From a bacterium (GTDB lineage Bacteria > Patescibacteriota > Patescibacteriia > Patescibacteriales > UBA12075), in NCBI GenBank assembly GCA_043820875.1, contig JBDRDI010000039.1, positions 1 through 58,043 of the forward strand: 58,043 nt of DNA. The letters run 5' to 3'. A program made the position numbers and the translations under genes. The notes under the pieces were generated by a model. That model was given only the letters and a program-made list of their open reading frames with translations. It did no database searches and had not been told where the DNA came from. Shown here in pieces: positions 18,432 through 27,833 of the stretch; within the stretch, counting starts at the first letter, position 1, and the number at the start of each line of letters is the position of its first letter.

Positions 18432-19793
18432 CTACGCTTCTTCCGCATCCTTAATTCTTTTATTTATTTCATTATATATTTTTTTGTAATCAACAACTTC
18501 CTGCGTACCGGCTTCCATATCGCGGATAATGATTGTGCCGTCCAATAATTCTTTTTGTCCAAGAATCAAACTGAATCTCGCGCCGAGCGCGTTCGCATCT
18601 TCCAATTGCGCCTTTAAACTATCTTTGGTAAATGATTGGGCAATATTATATCCGGTGCGCCTCATTTCTTCAAAAAGCAGGAATACTTTCTTTCGCGCTC
18701 CTTCGCCAAGCTGGGCGATGAATATTAAATTTTTTCTATTATCCGTAATGGGGATATTACCTTCTTTTATTTTTGCCACCAACCTTTCCACTCCGATGCC
18801 AAAACCGCAAGCAAAAGTCGGCCTTCCTCCCATGTGTTCAATCAACCCGTCATAACGTCCTCCTCCTCCAAAAGAATCTTGTCTTTTTAATTCTCCTTCA
18901 ATCGCTTTCGCCGGCACCACTTCAAAAACGGTCCGATTATAATAATCCAATCCGCGCACAAGAAAAGGATCTAAATTATACGGTATGTTCATTTCATCCA
19001 AATATTCCAATACCCTAATAAAATGGTCGCGACAATCTTCACATAAAAAATCCACAATCTGCGGCGCTCCTTCCGCTACGTTTCGGCATTCATCTTCCTT
19101 ACAATCCAAAAGGCGCAAAGGATTTTTCACAAATCTTCTTTTACAATCATTACACAACTTGGATCTTTTTCCTCTTTCTTTATAAAATTCCACCAATTTT
19201 ATTACATACTCTTCGCGGCACTCTTCGCAGCCGATGCTGTTAATCTGAATCTGGACATCGATCTGCAGTTCTGAAAAAATGTTATAAACGATTAATATCA
19301 ACTGGCTGTCAGCCACCGGTCCTTCTTCACCAAATATGTCAAAATTTATCTGCGAATGCTGTCGATATCTTCCGGCTTGAGGTTTGTCGTGCCTAAAAAC
19401 CGGACCGAACCAATACGTTTTTACCGGCTGTGGTAAATTAAACATTCCTTGTTCAATATACGCTCTCGCTATACCGGGCGTGGCCTCAGGACGCAAAGCA
19501 ACTTTATCACCGCTTTTGTCTATGAATAAATACATTTCTTTGGAAACAATATCCGTTTCTTTGCCGGTTGATTTTTCATATAACTCCAAACGTTCCAAAA
19601 CCGGCGTTGCTATTCCTTTGAATCCATAAACTTCAGCCAAATCATTGGCCTTTTTTGTCACAACGTTCCAGTATTTATATTCATCAAATAAAATATCCTT
19701 CATCCCGCGAAGTCTAAAGAATTTTTTTTCTCTTCTTACGGGAATCTCATTATTGATTTCTTTTTTTATTAATTTTTTTAGCATAAAACTCAA
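18432..19793 (-). CDS. hisS: Histidine--tRNA ligase
   Basis: RGMKDIL; LRPEATPGIARAY; FRHDKPQAGRYRQH.Q; LVRGLDYYNRTVFE; GGGRYDGL; GFGIGVERL. Confidence 0.97.
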   Translation of the reverse strand: MSFMLKKLIKKEINNEIPVRREKKFFRLRGMKDILFDEYKYWNVVTKKANDLAEVYGFKGIATPVLERLELYEKSTGKETDIVSKEMYLFIDKSGDKVALRPEATPGIARAYIEQGMFNLPQPVKTYWFGPVFRHDKPQAGRYRQHSQINFDIFGEEGPVADSQLILIVYNIFSELQIDVQIQINSIGCEECREEYVIKLVEFYKERGKRSKLCNDCKRRFVKNPLRLLDCKEDECRNVAEGAPQIVDFLCEDCRDHFIRVLEYLDEMNIPYNLDPFLVRGLDYYNRTVFEVVPAKAIEGELKRQDSFGGGGRYDGLIEHMGGRPTFACGFGIGVERLVAKIKEGNIPITDNRKNLIFIAQLGEGARKKVFLLFEEMRRTGYNIAQSFTKDSLKAQLEDANALGARFSLILGQKELLDGTIIIRDMEAGTQEVVDYKKIYNEINKRIKDAEEA

Positions 19794-19814
19794 TAATTAT
19801 ATTCAATGGTTGTA

Positions 19815-20387
19815 TTAATTTCCATATTCAGGTGTTGTAAAAACTTTCATTTCATCAACCGGAAAACCACGAAAGAAAACTCGACCGACAATAAAACTTT
19901 TATTCACCGAACCGAAACTTCGGGAATCTTTTGAAGAATTCCGGTTATCTCCCAAAACATAATATTCATTTTCGCCCAATTTTATTTTTTCCGCCGAGGA
20001 GCTATAGGTTTTTACTCCATCCAAATATTCTTCTTCCAATATAAAACCGTTTTGACTATTACTGTTATATATAATAATATTTCCTTCTTTAATTTGAATT
20101 TCTTCGCCCGGCAAGCCAATCAGTCTTTTAATAAAATATTCCTGCGGATCTTTCGGATAGCGAAAAACAATAATGTCTCCTCTCTCCGGCGCGTTGAAAC
20201 GATATGAAAGTTCATCAATAATCAAATATTCGCGGTCATGGAAATTCGGTTCCATGGATTTACCATTTACATAAAACGGCTGAATCAAAAAATATCTAAC
20301 CGGAATAATGATTGCCAAAGAAACAACCACTATCTTTGATAATTCAAGTATAAAAAAGAAAATTTTCTTAAACATATAAAATAACAA
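19815..20387 (-). CDS. lepB: Signal peptidase I
   Basis: QPFYVNGKSMEPNF (catalytic Ser); YFIKRLIGLPG (catalytic Lys); GDNR.SSKDSR.FG. Confidence 0.95.
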   Translation of the reverse strand: MLFYMFKKIFFFILELSKIVVVSLAIIIPVRYFLIQPFYVNGKSMEPNFHDREYLIIDELSYRFNAPERGDIIVFRYPKDPQEYFIKRLIGLPGEEIQIKEGNIIIYNSNSQNGFILEEEYLDGVKTYSSSAEKIKLGENEYYVLGDNRNSSKDSRSFGSVNKSFIVGRVFFRGFPVDEMKVFTTPEYGN

Positions 20388-20522
20388 AAAAATAAAAAAT
20401 TAAAATAAGCAACTGTTGTTTTACTGCTATTTTAACAGATTATTTGGTTTATTTTGATAAATAATCAACTTATATAGAATAATAACATTTAATTTTAAAA
20501 AAATCAAATGTAAAATTTTTCA

Positions 20523-20551
20523 TTGCCAAAACAAAAAATCCCTTGTATAAT
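20523..20551 (+). promoter_or_regulatory. Sigma70-type promoter for the LCP-der-pth operon
   Basis: TTGCCA-N17-TATAAT, about 58 bp upstream of the ATG at 20609. Confidence 0.55.
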
Positions 20552-20608
20552 CAAGATATAAAAATTACAAAAATATCTCGCTTAAAAAAGCGGTGTTTTA
20601 TTGTTTAA

Positions 20609-22132
20609 ATGATTGATATAAACAACAAAAAAAAGAATCTTGACTCAATTGGCGCGACTTTGCGTGAAACAGTTGCGGACGAAATTGAAATAATAGATTT
20701 AAAAATAAAAAGAAAAAAAAGCGGACTATCAAGAATCGCCGGATATTTTTCTATTTTTCTCATAATCTCACTTTTCTTTTTCGGCAACCGAATGTCAATC
20801 TCTGAAAACTCATCTTCGTCTTCTTCTTGGTTTTATAATCTGCCGATTGTCAAACAAATCAAACAACTGGCGCTTAGTTCGGAAACTAAATTAAAAGGAG
20901 AAAAATATGACAGGATTAATATTCTTCTTTTGGGCATGGGCGGCAGACAACATGAAGGCGGATATTTGACAGACACTATTATGCTTGCCAGTTTGGAACC
21001 GTCAACAAAAAAAATCGCGCTCGTTTCCATACCGCGCGATTTGGACATGCCCATGGAGAACAGCGGCTGGCAAAAAATCAACAGCGTCAACGCCTACGCG
21101 GAAATGGAAAATCCCGGAAGCGGCGGCATGGCTGTGAGCCAAGCCGTAAGCGACCTTTTGGACCTTCCGATTGATTATTACGTACGAATTGACTTTGAGG
21201 GCTTTATAAATATAATCAATCTTGTTGACGGAATAGGGGTAATGGTAGACAATACTTTAAACGATTATGAATATCCGATCATGGGCAGAGAAACAGCGGA
21301 AGACTACTCTTCCAGATTTGAACATTTGTATATTGAAGCCGGATGGCAGGAGATGGATGGCGAACTGGCTTTAAAATATGCTCGGTCGCGCCATGGCGGC
21401 AGCGGCGAAGGTTCTGACTTTGCGCGCGCGCGACGTCAGCAAAAAATATTGCTGGCCGTAAAAACAGAACTTTTAAACGCCAAAAATCTTCTTAAGCCAA
21501 AGATGCTCTCAGATATTGTCGGCGAATTAAACGAACACGTCAGCACCAATTTAAAAGTTTGGGAGATGCTAAAGTTATGGGACATGTTCAAAGATATTCA
21601 AAAAGAAAATATTACCAATAAAGTATTGGACAACAGTGCCAACAGCCTTCTGATTGAATCAAGAAATGAAAACGGTGCTTATGTTCTTTTACCAAGAAGC
21701 GGAGACTTCGCGGAAATTCAATATTTTGTAAATAATGTTTTTTCCGATGCGCCAAAGGAACAAAAAACCATAGTCGCGAAAGAAAAGTCATCCATAGAGG
21801 TGCGCAACGGCACATGGATCAACGGCTTGGCATCCAGGGTTTCCATGGATTTGGAAAAATACGGTTTTACCGTGGTGCGCATCGGCAATAGCAGTCGGCA
21901 AAATTTCCAAAAATCGGTAATTTATGATTTAACTTACGGCGAAAAAGCCGAGTCTTTGGAAATTCTTAAAGCAAAAACAAACGCCAATGTATCTCTGGAA
22001 TTGCCTGAGTGGCTGGCTGAAGATATTAAACAAGAAGTGTCAAAAGAATTCTCTCCGATACAACCTGATTTTATATTGGTACTCGGTCAAGACGCTGACG
22101 CAACCTCTTCCGGAGAGGAAAATAAAGAGTAA
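20609..22132 (+). CDS. LytR-CpsA-Psr (LCP) family protein with C-terminal LytR_C domain
   Basis: INILLLGMG; LTDTIMLAS; SIPRDL; KINSVNAY; ALKYARSRH; SDFARARRQQ; C-terminal IEVRNGTWINGLA. Confidence 0.92.
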   Translation: MIDINNKKKNLDSIGATLRETVADEIEIIDLKIKRKKSGLSRIAGYFSIFLIISLFFFGNRMSISENSSSSSSWFYNLPIVKQIKQLALSSETKLKGEKYDRINILLLGMGGRQHEGGYLTDTIMLASLEPSTKKIALVSIPRDLDMPMENSGWQKINSVNAYAEMENPGSGGMAVSQAVSDLLDLPIDYYVRIDFEGFINIINLVDGIGVMVDNTLNDYEYPIMGRETAEDYSSRFEHLYIEAGWQEMDGELALKYARSRHGGSGEGSDFARARRQQKILLAVKTELLNAKNLLKPKMLSDIVGELNEHVSTNLKVWEMLKLWDMFKDIQKENITNKVLDNSANSLLIESRNENGAYVLLPRSGDFAEIQYFVNNVFSDAPKEQKTIVAKEKSSIEVRNGTWINGLASRVSMDLEKYGFTVVRIGNSSRQNFQKSVIYDLTYGEKAESLEILKAKTNANVSLELPEWLAEDIKQEVSKEFSPIQPDFILVLGQDADATSSGEENKE

Positions 22133-22137
22133 ATAAT

Positions 22138-23598
22138 ATGACAACAAAAAAACAAAAACCTCTCGTCATAATCTTCGGCCGGACAAACGTTGGCAAATCC
22201 ACTCTTTTTAACTGCTTAGTCGGTAAAAATCGGGCCCTTGTCTCCCCGATTGAAGGCACAACACGCGATAGTAACATCGGCGAGGTGGAATGGGGTGATT
22301 TTATTTTTCACATTGTTGACACCGGCGGAATCATGGACATAAAAAAATTAAAAAGAAAAATAATTGGAAATAGTATTGACGACCTGGTTCAAAGACAAGC
22401 CCGCGATTATATTTTGCGGGCGGATTTAATATTATTTTTGGTTGACACCGTTGATGGCACATTGCCACAAGATAAAGAAATGGTTATGGAACTGAAAAAA
22501 ATTCTTTCCGGAGTGGAAAAAAGCAAGCGACCGGAAATAATATTAACAGCGAACAAGGCGGACAGTCCAAAACTCCGAAAAGAAATCGCGGAATTTAATA
22601 AATTGTCGCTTGGCGAACCACTGGCGATTTCCGCCACAACCGGTTCAGGCACCGGTGACTTGTTGGATTTGGTAAATAAAAAAATAAAAAAGCGCGGTTT
22701 TAAAAAAAATTCAATAAAAAAAGAAGAAGATTCAAAAGAAAAATTAAATAACAAAATTCGCGTTTGCATTTTGGGTAAACCGAATGTTGGGAAATCAAGC
22801 TTGATTAATGCCATATTGGATGAAGAAAGAATTATAGTAAGTGATGTTCCACACACCACCCGAGAACCGCAGGATATTTTTATCAATTATCAAAACAAGG
22901 ATATCTCTTTGGTGGACACGGCCGGCATCAGCCGCGAAGAGCAGAAGAGCAGAAGAAACAAAAAAGGGAAAGAAGCACTGACAAAACAAAGTATTGAAAG
23001 ATCTTTAAAAGCGCTCTATCGTGCCGATGTCTGTTTATTTATGATTAATATTTACGAAGGAATCACGCGCCAAGACGCGAGAATAATCGAAGAAATTATT
23101 GAACGAAATATCAGTATGATTATTGTCGCCAATAAATGGGACTTGGTGGAAGAAAAAGATACCGAAGTTTTTAAAAAAGAAATTTATGCCCGCTTCCCTT
23201 TTTGCCAATGGGCGCCAATCCAATTCGTTTCCGCCAAAACCGGCAGTAAGGTTGATAAAATATTGGATTTGGTTTTGGAAGTTGCCGAAGCGCGCAAAAC
23301 CGAAATCAGCGCAAACGGTTTGAGCAAATTTTTAAACAAAATAGTAAAGTGGCACAAGCCTGCCAAAGCCAAGGGTATAAAACATCCGCACATCTACGAA
23401 CTCGCGCAAGAAAGATCAAGCCCGCCCATATTCAAAATACGCATCGGCGCGAAAGATACCATCCATTTTTCTTATTTACGTTTTATTGAAAACAGATTGA
23501 GGGAAAAATTTGGATTTATTGGCGCGCCAATTAAAATTTACGTTGAAAAAAATAAACAAATACACGGAAAAACGGATAAAAAAATTAAAAATAAATAA
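22138..23598 (+). CDS. der: Ribosome biogenesis GTPase Der (EngA)
   Basis: Two G domains: GRTNVGKSTLFN, DTGG, NKAD; GKPNVGKSSL, DTAG, NKWD; C-terminal KH-like domain with YLRFIENRLRE.FG. Confidence 0.96.
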   Translation: MTTKKQKPLVIIFGRTNVGKSTLFNCLVGKNRALVSPIEGTTRDSNIGEVEWGDFIFHIVDTGGIMDIKKLKRKIIGNSIDDLVQRQARDYILRADLILFLVDTVDGTLPQDKEMVMELKKILSGVEKSKRPEIILTANKADSPKLRKEIAEFNKLSLGEPLAISATTGSGTGDLLDLVNKKIKKRGFKKNSIKKEEDSKEKLNNKIRVCILGKPNVGKSSLINAILDEERIIVSDVPHTTREPQDIFINYQNKDISLVDTAGISREEQKSRRNKKGKEALTKQSIERSLKALYRADVCLFMINIYEGITRQDARIIEEIIERNISMIIVANKWDLVEEKDTEVFKKEIYARFPFCQWAPIQFVSAKTGSKVDKILDLVLEVAEARKTEISANGLSKFLNKIVKWHKPAKAKGIKHPHIYELAQERSSPPIFKIRIGAKDTIHFSYLRFIENRLREKFGFIGAPIKIYVEKNKQIHGKTDKKIKNK

Positions 23599-23602
23599 AA
23601 AT

Positions 23603-24139
23603 ATGCGTTTAATTATTGGCCTGGGCAACCCTGGCGAAAAATATACAAACACACGGCATAATTCCGGATTTATAATTCTGGACAAAATCGCTTTGGCGCG
23701 AGGACTCGTTTGGAAATTTAATAAAAAATTCAATGCCGAAATCTGCGAAGACGGAGAAATAATTTTTATGAAAGGAGCAACTTTCATGAACGACTCCGGA
23801 CAAGCTGTGCGTGCAATAATGGATTATTATAAATTAATTCCAAAGAAACTCGGACTAATTGCCAAAAAGGAAAGCGATCTCTCCCAAATTTTAACCGTTA
23901 TTCATGATGATCTGGACATTGAATTTGGAAAAATAAAAGAATCAATAAATTCAGGTTCAGCCGGACACAGAGGTGTGGGGTCAATCATCGCACATCTTAA
24001 AACCAAAAACTTCCGACGCCTGCGAATCGGAATCAAAACCGATAATCAAAAAAACATTCCGGCAGATAAATATGTTTTGCAAAAATTCAATAAAGAGGAA
24101 TTGGGAGTGATTGATTCGTTGGAAGTGAAACTATCGTAA
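23603..24139 (+). CDS. pth: Peptidyl-tRNA hydrolase
   Basis: MRLIIGLGNPG..Y..TRHN.G; FMNDSG; HDDLD; AGHRGV; RLRIGI. Start re-assigned to the ATG at 23603. Confidence 0.95.
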   Translation: MRLIIGLGNPGEKYTNTRHNSGFIILDKIALARGLVWKFNKKFNAEICEDGEIIFMKGATFMNDSGQAVRAIMDYYKLIPKKLGLIAKKESDLSQILTVIHDDLDIEFGKIKESINSGSAGHRGVGSIIAHLKTKNFRRLRIGIKTDNQKNIPADKYVLQKFNKEELGVIDSLEVKLS

Positions 24140-24140
24140 A

Positions 24141-24394
24141 TTGTCATTCCGAATCCCCGTGCCGTAGCGGGGTGAGGAATCGCTTCGACTTTTTAGTCGC
24201 ACAAATCTCTGTATAAATCATCCACGCAAGGATTGGATGAGGTAACCAATCTTTTATTTTCGCGTTTTTCTCTTTCGCCTTGTCAAAGGGATTCCTCACC
24301 CCGCAAAAACTTTATCCAAAATTATTTCATTAAAATAATTTTATTAGTTTTTGTGTTAATAGATAAAACACCCTTGCGGGGTTCGGAATGACAA
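24141..24394. mobile_element. Non-autonomous MITE/REPIN-like element with TTGTCATTCCGAA terminal inverted repeats and an extra AT-rich insert in the right arm
   Basis: Left end TTGTCATTCCGAATCCCCG...GAGGAATC; right end GATTCCTC...CGGGGTTCGGAATGACAA; diverged homologue at 53561-53758. Confidence 0.75.
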
Positions 24395-24401
24395 TATAAA
24401 G

Positions 24402-24435
24402 AAAGGCCAATCGCGCTTCGCGCGATTGGCCTTTT
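24402..24435. terminator. Bidirectional intrinsic terminator
   Basis: AAA-GGCCAATCGCGC-TTC-GCGCGATTGGCC-TTTT between convergent pth and the hypothetical gene. Confidence 0.8.
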
Positions 24436-24469
24436 GTGAACTTGTGAACTCGTTTTTGAGCTCTTTATG

Positions 24470-25510
24470 TTATGTCTTTATATCTTCTTTCAGCTCTCTC
24501 ACCTTCTTGGCAAAGATTTTTTGCATTTCAGACGGCAAGTCAAGTTTCCCTCGCAGAACCAAAATGAACCAATCGGGCACGCTACGCGCGTCTACACTTT
24601 CTATGAGAATAGCAACACATCTTATTGCCAAAAACCGTAAGTGGCCGGTGTCAGCTTCACAATAATCTTTAAGCCGAACCATGTCCGTGATACTTGAAAG
24701 AATTTCATTCATACGAGCTGCCAGAAGATCTCTTTCCGTGCCCCGACCATGGCTAGCATTCTGCCAGTATTTTTCAAGCTCGTCTAAACTCATGACGCCT
24801 GACAATGCTCCAGCCATAACAGCTCTTGCAAAAGCTATTTTTTCCTCATCATCAGGCGTGGCAGAATCAAAATATATTATGGCTTTATCAATATCTCTTG
24901 ACGAAACCTCTTCTATGCGTTTTCTTATTTGAAGCTCCATCTGCGCATCGGAGGAAAAAATCGACTCCAAACATATGAGCTTGTTTATATTATTAATGCT
25001 CGGCAGGGTAGCCGGTAAAATTTCCGCCAAATGAATTTTTGTCAAATTCCTTAAACCATCATGACAATTAGCGGCAAAATAATATTTTATAAGCTTATCT
25101 ACGTCAGTGACATTCTTTAAAAAATCCGGTGTGGATTTTATCATACGAGCTACTATCAACATCCCTAACGAAGAAAATCCCCAATACTCTGAAAATTCAT
25201 ACACATCCTTGTCAGAAAAAACATCCGGCAAGATTTCAGCTATACGAGCTTCTATTAATGCTCTTAAATCATTGTCGCAAGAGTGTTGCCAATATTCAAT
25301 AAGCTTTTTAATATCAGTAACGCGCGACAAGGTTTTCGGAAAAACTTCGACTAGTCTTACCTTTATAGCATGCTCTGTCCCCTGATCAACATTGTTTCGA
25401 TAGCTCATGAGTGTATCTACGCTTGAAGTACGTTGAATCTCTTCTCTGGTTATTATCCCGTTGCGCCTAATAAAGTCATCCAACAAACTCACCAATTTTC
25501 GTTTATTCAT
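24470..25510 (-). CDS. Hypothetical alpha-helical repeat protein
   Basis: Recurring L.EI.P..L..(V/I).D..KLI.Y units; start re-assigned to MNKRKL at 25510 (ORF track start is 25633). Confidence 0.6.
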   Translation of the reverse strand: MNKRKLVSLLDDFIRRNGIITREEIQRTSSVDTLMSYRNNVDQGTEHAIKVRLVEVFPKTLSRVTDIKKLIEYWQHSCDNDLRALIEARIAEILPDVFSDKDVYEFSEYWGFSSLGMLIVARMIKSTPDFLKNVTDVDKLIKYYFAANCHDGLRNLTKIHLAEILPATLPSINNINKLICLESIFSSDAQMELQIRKRIEEVSSRDIDKAIIYFDSATPDDEEKIAFARAVMAGALSGVMSLDELEKYWQNASHGRGTERDLLAARMNEILSSITDMVRLKDYCEADTGHLRFLAIRCVAILIESVDARSVPDWFILVLRGKLDLPSEMQKIFAKKVRELKEDIKT

Positions 25511-25778
25511 TTTCTTCCTCTCTTTTTTGCTTGAATATAATTTTTTAATGTTCAATGTTGTTGCGTGATTTATATCACGCTCATTTCTCCGCCTAAAAAC
25601 CGGATTGCTCCGATTAAGGCAAGGCAAAATCAAGGAGGGTAGATTTTGCCTTAGCCGCTTTTAAGCGGAAAAACAGGCATGATAATTGTTTTAAAAACTT
25701 TAGAAAAATTTTATCTCTTATTTGCTATAATTATAAAGGATTTACCATCTTAACATATTTTAAAAAAATATCAAGAGC

Positions 25779-25851
25779 CCACGGGAAAAATTAATTTTTT
25801 GTAGAGACGGGTTTGAAACCCGTCTCTACAAAAAATTAATTTTTCCCGTGG
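25779..25851. repeat. 73-bp perfect palindrome centred on REP core GTAGAGACGGGTTT-G-AAACCCGTCTCTAC
   Basis: 36-bp arms around position 25815, just upstream of dprA. Confidence 0.9.
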
Positions 25852-25867
25852 ACAATATCCATGATTT

Positions 25868-26968
25868 ATGAACAAAAACTATCCTCTTTACCTAATCGCT
25901 TTACACAATTTCCCAAAATTCGGGCCTGTAAGCCTGAAAAGATTGAAAAAATATTTTAAAAATTGGGAAAACGCTTATAAAGGCTCACCAAGCGAAATTA
26001 TGCGCGCCGGTATCAAAGAAAATGTCGCGCTGGAATTTGCGGAACACAGAAAAAAAATAAATCCGGAGGAGTTGATTGAAAAATTGATTCAAGAAAACAT
26101 CGGCGCTGTGGCGTTGCAAGACGATGATTATCCGAAGCGCCTAGCGGAAATTTATGAACCGCCGCCTCTTCTTTTTTACAAAGGAAAGTTGGTTCAAAAC
26201 GAACATGTTTTGGGCGTTGTGGGCACGAGAAAATACACGCGATATGGACAGCAAACAGCCGAAAATTTTGTCACGGAGCTTTGCCGCTCCGGACTTACAA
26301 TTGCAAGTGGCATGGCTCTTGGGATTGATACTGTGGCTCATTGTGCCGCTATTCAAGCTGGTGGAAGAACCATTGCCGTGTTGGGCTCGGGGATTGACCA
26401 ACAAAATATTTATCCGGCCACAAACCAAAACTTGGCGCGCCAAATTGTTGAAAAGGGCGGTTTAATTTTTTCGGAATTTCCGATTGGCACACCGGCTTTG
26501 AAACATAATTTTCCACAAAGGAACAGAATTATTTCAGGGCTTTCTCTCGGGGTGTTGGTCATTGAAGCCGGAGAAAAATCCGGCTCACTCATTACGGCCA
26601 ACTGCGCTTTGGAACAAAACCGCGAAGTTTTCGCGGTGCCAGGAAATATTTATTCACCGGTTTCAGCGGGAACAAACGCCTTGATCAATCAAGGCGCAAA
26701 AATGGCCGTAAATGCCGAGGATATTTTGGAATCGCTCAATTTGAAACAAGCCGATTTGATATTGGAAAATAAAAACATTATTCCGGCAACAAAAGAGGAA
26801 GAAGAGATCCTAAAAACGCTTTCGCATGAATCAAAACACATTAACGATATCATCCGTGAAACCGGCCTTAACGCTTCCCTGGTCGGCTCAACATTAATTA
26901 TGATGGAAATGAAAGGTATGGTAAAAAATGATGGCGGAGGAGAATATCGAATGGCGACGCGGAGATAA
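25868..26968 (+). CDS. dprA: DNA-processing protein DprA
   Basis: YPKRLAEIYEPPPLLFYKG; VVGTRK.TRYG; IASGMALGIDT.AH; FPQRNRIISGLS; VIEAGEKSGSLITA; C-terminal winged helix. Confidence 0.96.
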   Translation: MNKNYPLYLIALHNFPKFGPVSLKRLKKYFKNWENAYKGSPSEIMRAGIKENVALEFAEHRKKINPEELIEKLIQENIGAVALQDDDYPKRLAEIYEPPPLLFYKGKLVQNEHVLGVVGTRKYTRYGQQTAENFVTELCRSGLTIASGMALGIDTVAHCAAIQAGGRTIAVLGSGIDQQNIYPATNQNLARQIVEKGGLIFSEFPIGTPALKHNFPQRNRIISGLSLGVLVIEAGEKSGSLITANCALEQNREVFAVPGNIYSPVSAGTNALINQGAKMAVNAEDILESLNLKQADLILENKNIIPATKEEEEILKTLSHESKHINDIIRETGLNASLVGSTLIMMEMKGMVKNDGGGEYRMATRR

Positions 26969-26989
26969 TTCAATTTTAAAAATAATATT

Positions 26990-27592
26990 ATGACATTATA
27001 TAAAAATAAATATCGCGTGGAATCAACGCGCTTAAAAAATTACGACTATACGTCAGACGGCGCGTATTTTATAACCATCTGCACGAAAGACAGAGAATAT
27101 TTTTTCGGAGAAATTAAAAATTCACAAATAAATACGCCTCAGACAAAAATTGCCGCAGAATGTTGGCGCGATTTGCCAAAACATTATCCAAATTGCGTTT
27201 TAGACGAATTTATTATAATGCCAAATCACGTTCACGGAATAATTATTATAGATAATAATTTATTAAATGTTTCTGTACCGTTAAATACGTTTGTTCCATC
27301 AAACATGTCCGCGGAGACGGGTTTCAAACCCGTCTCTACGGATGGGTTAAACGCAGTAAATATCAATTTAAAACAACATTCGTTGTCGGAAATGATACGA
27401 GCATTTAAAACATTTACTGCGCGCCGAATAAACGAAATGCAAAATACGCGAGGCCAACCATTTTGGCAAGAAAGATTTTATGATCGTATTATCAGAAACG
27501 GGGAAGAATTGAAAAAATCCAGAAATTATATTATAAAAAATCCGGAAAGGTGGGAATTAAACAAAAATAATTCTAAAAATATATTTATTTAA
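26990..27592 (+). mobile_element. REP-associated HUH tyrosine transposase (RAYT / Y1_Tnp), type 1
   Basis: STRLKNYDY...YFITICT; HUH motif IIMPNHVHGII; FWQERFYDRIIR; NYIIKNP (catalytic Tyr); flanked by GTAG-type REPs. Confidence 0.93.
27311..27339. repeat. REP copy inside the RAYT-1 coding sequence (in frame, AETGFKPVST)
   Basis: GCGGAGACGGGTTTCAAACCCGTCTCTAC. Confidence 0.85.
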
Positions 27593-27616
27593 TTCGTTCT
27601 ATCGTCAGTTCGTAGA

Positions 27617-27720
27617 GTAGAGACGGGTTTGAAACCCGTCTCTACGAACGTGTTTATTCTGTTAGAGATGTTTATTTCATCAAACATGTCCGCGGAGACG
27701 GGTTTCAAACCCGTCTCTAC
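27617..27720. repeat. Two REP copies downstream of RAYT-1 (27617-27645 and 27692-27720)
   Basis: GTAGAGACGGGTTTGAAACCCGTCTCTAC and GCGGAGACGGGTTTCAAACCCGTCTCTAC; the second shares its upstream flank CATCAAACATGTCC with the in-gene copy. Confidence 0.9.
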
Positions 27721-27833
27721 GGTGGCGGAATAAAATTTGCAAAAATTTTTGAAATAGGGTATAAATAAAACTATTGAGATTAACTAAAAAAATAATTGTT
27801 GACCGGCGACTGTCGACTGACTTACCATTATAT

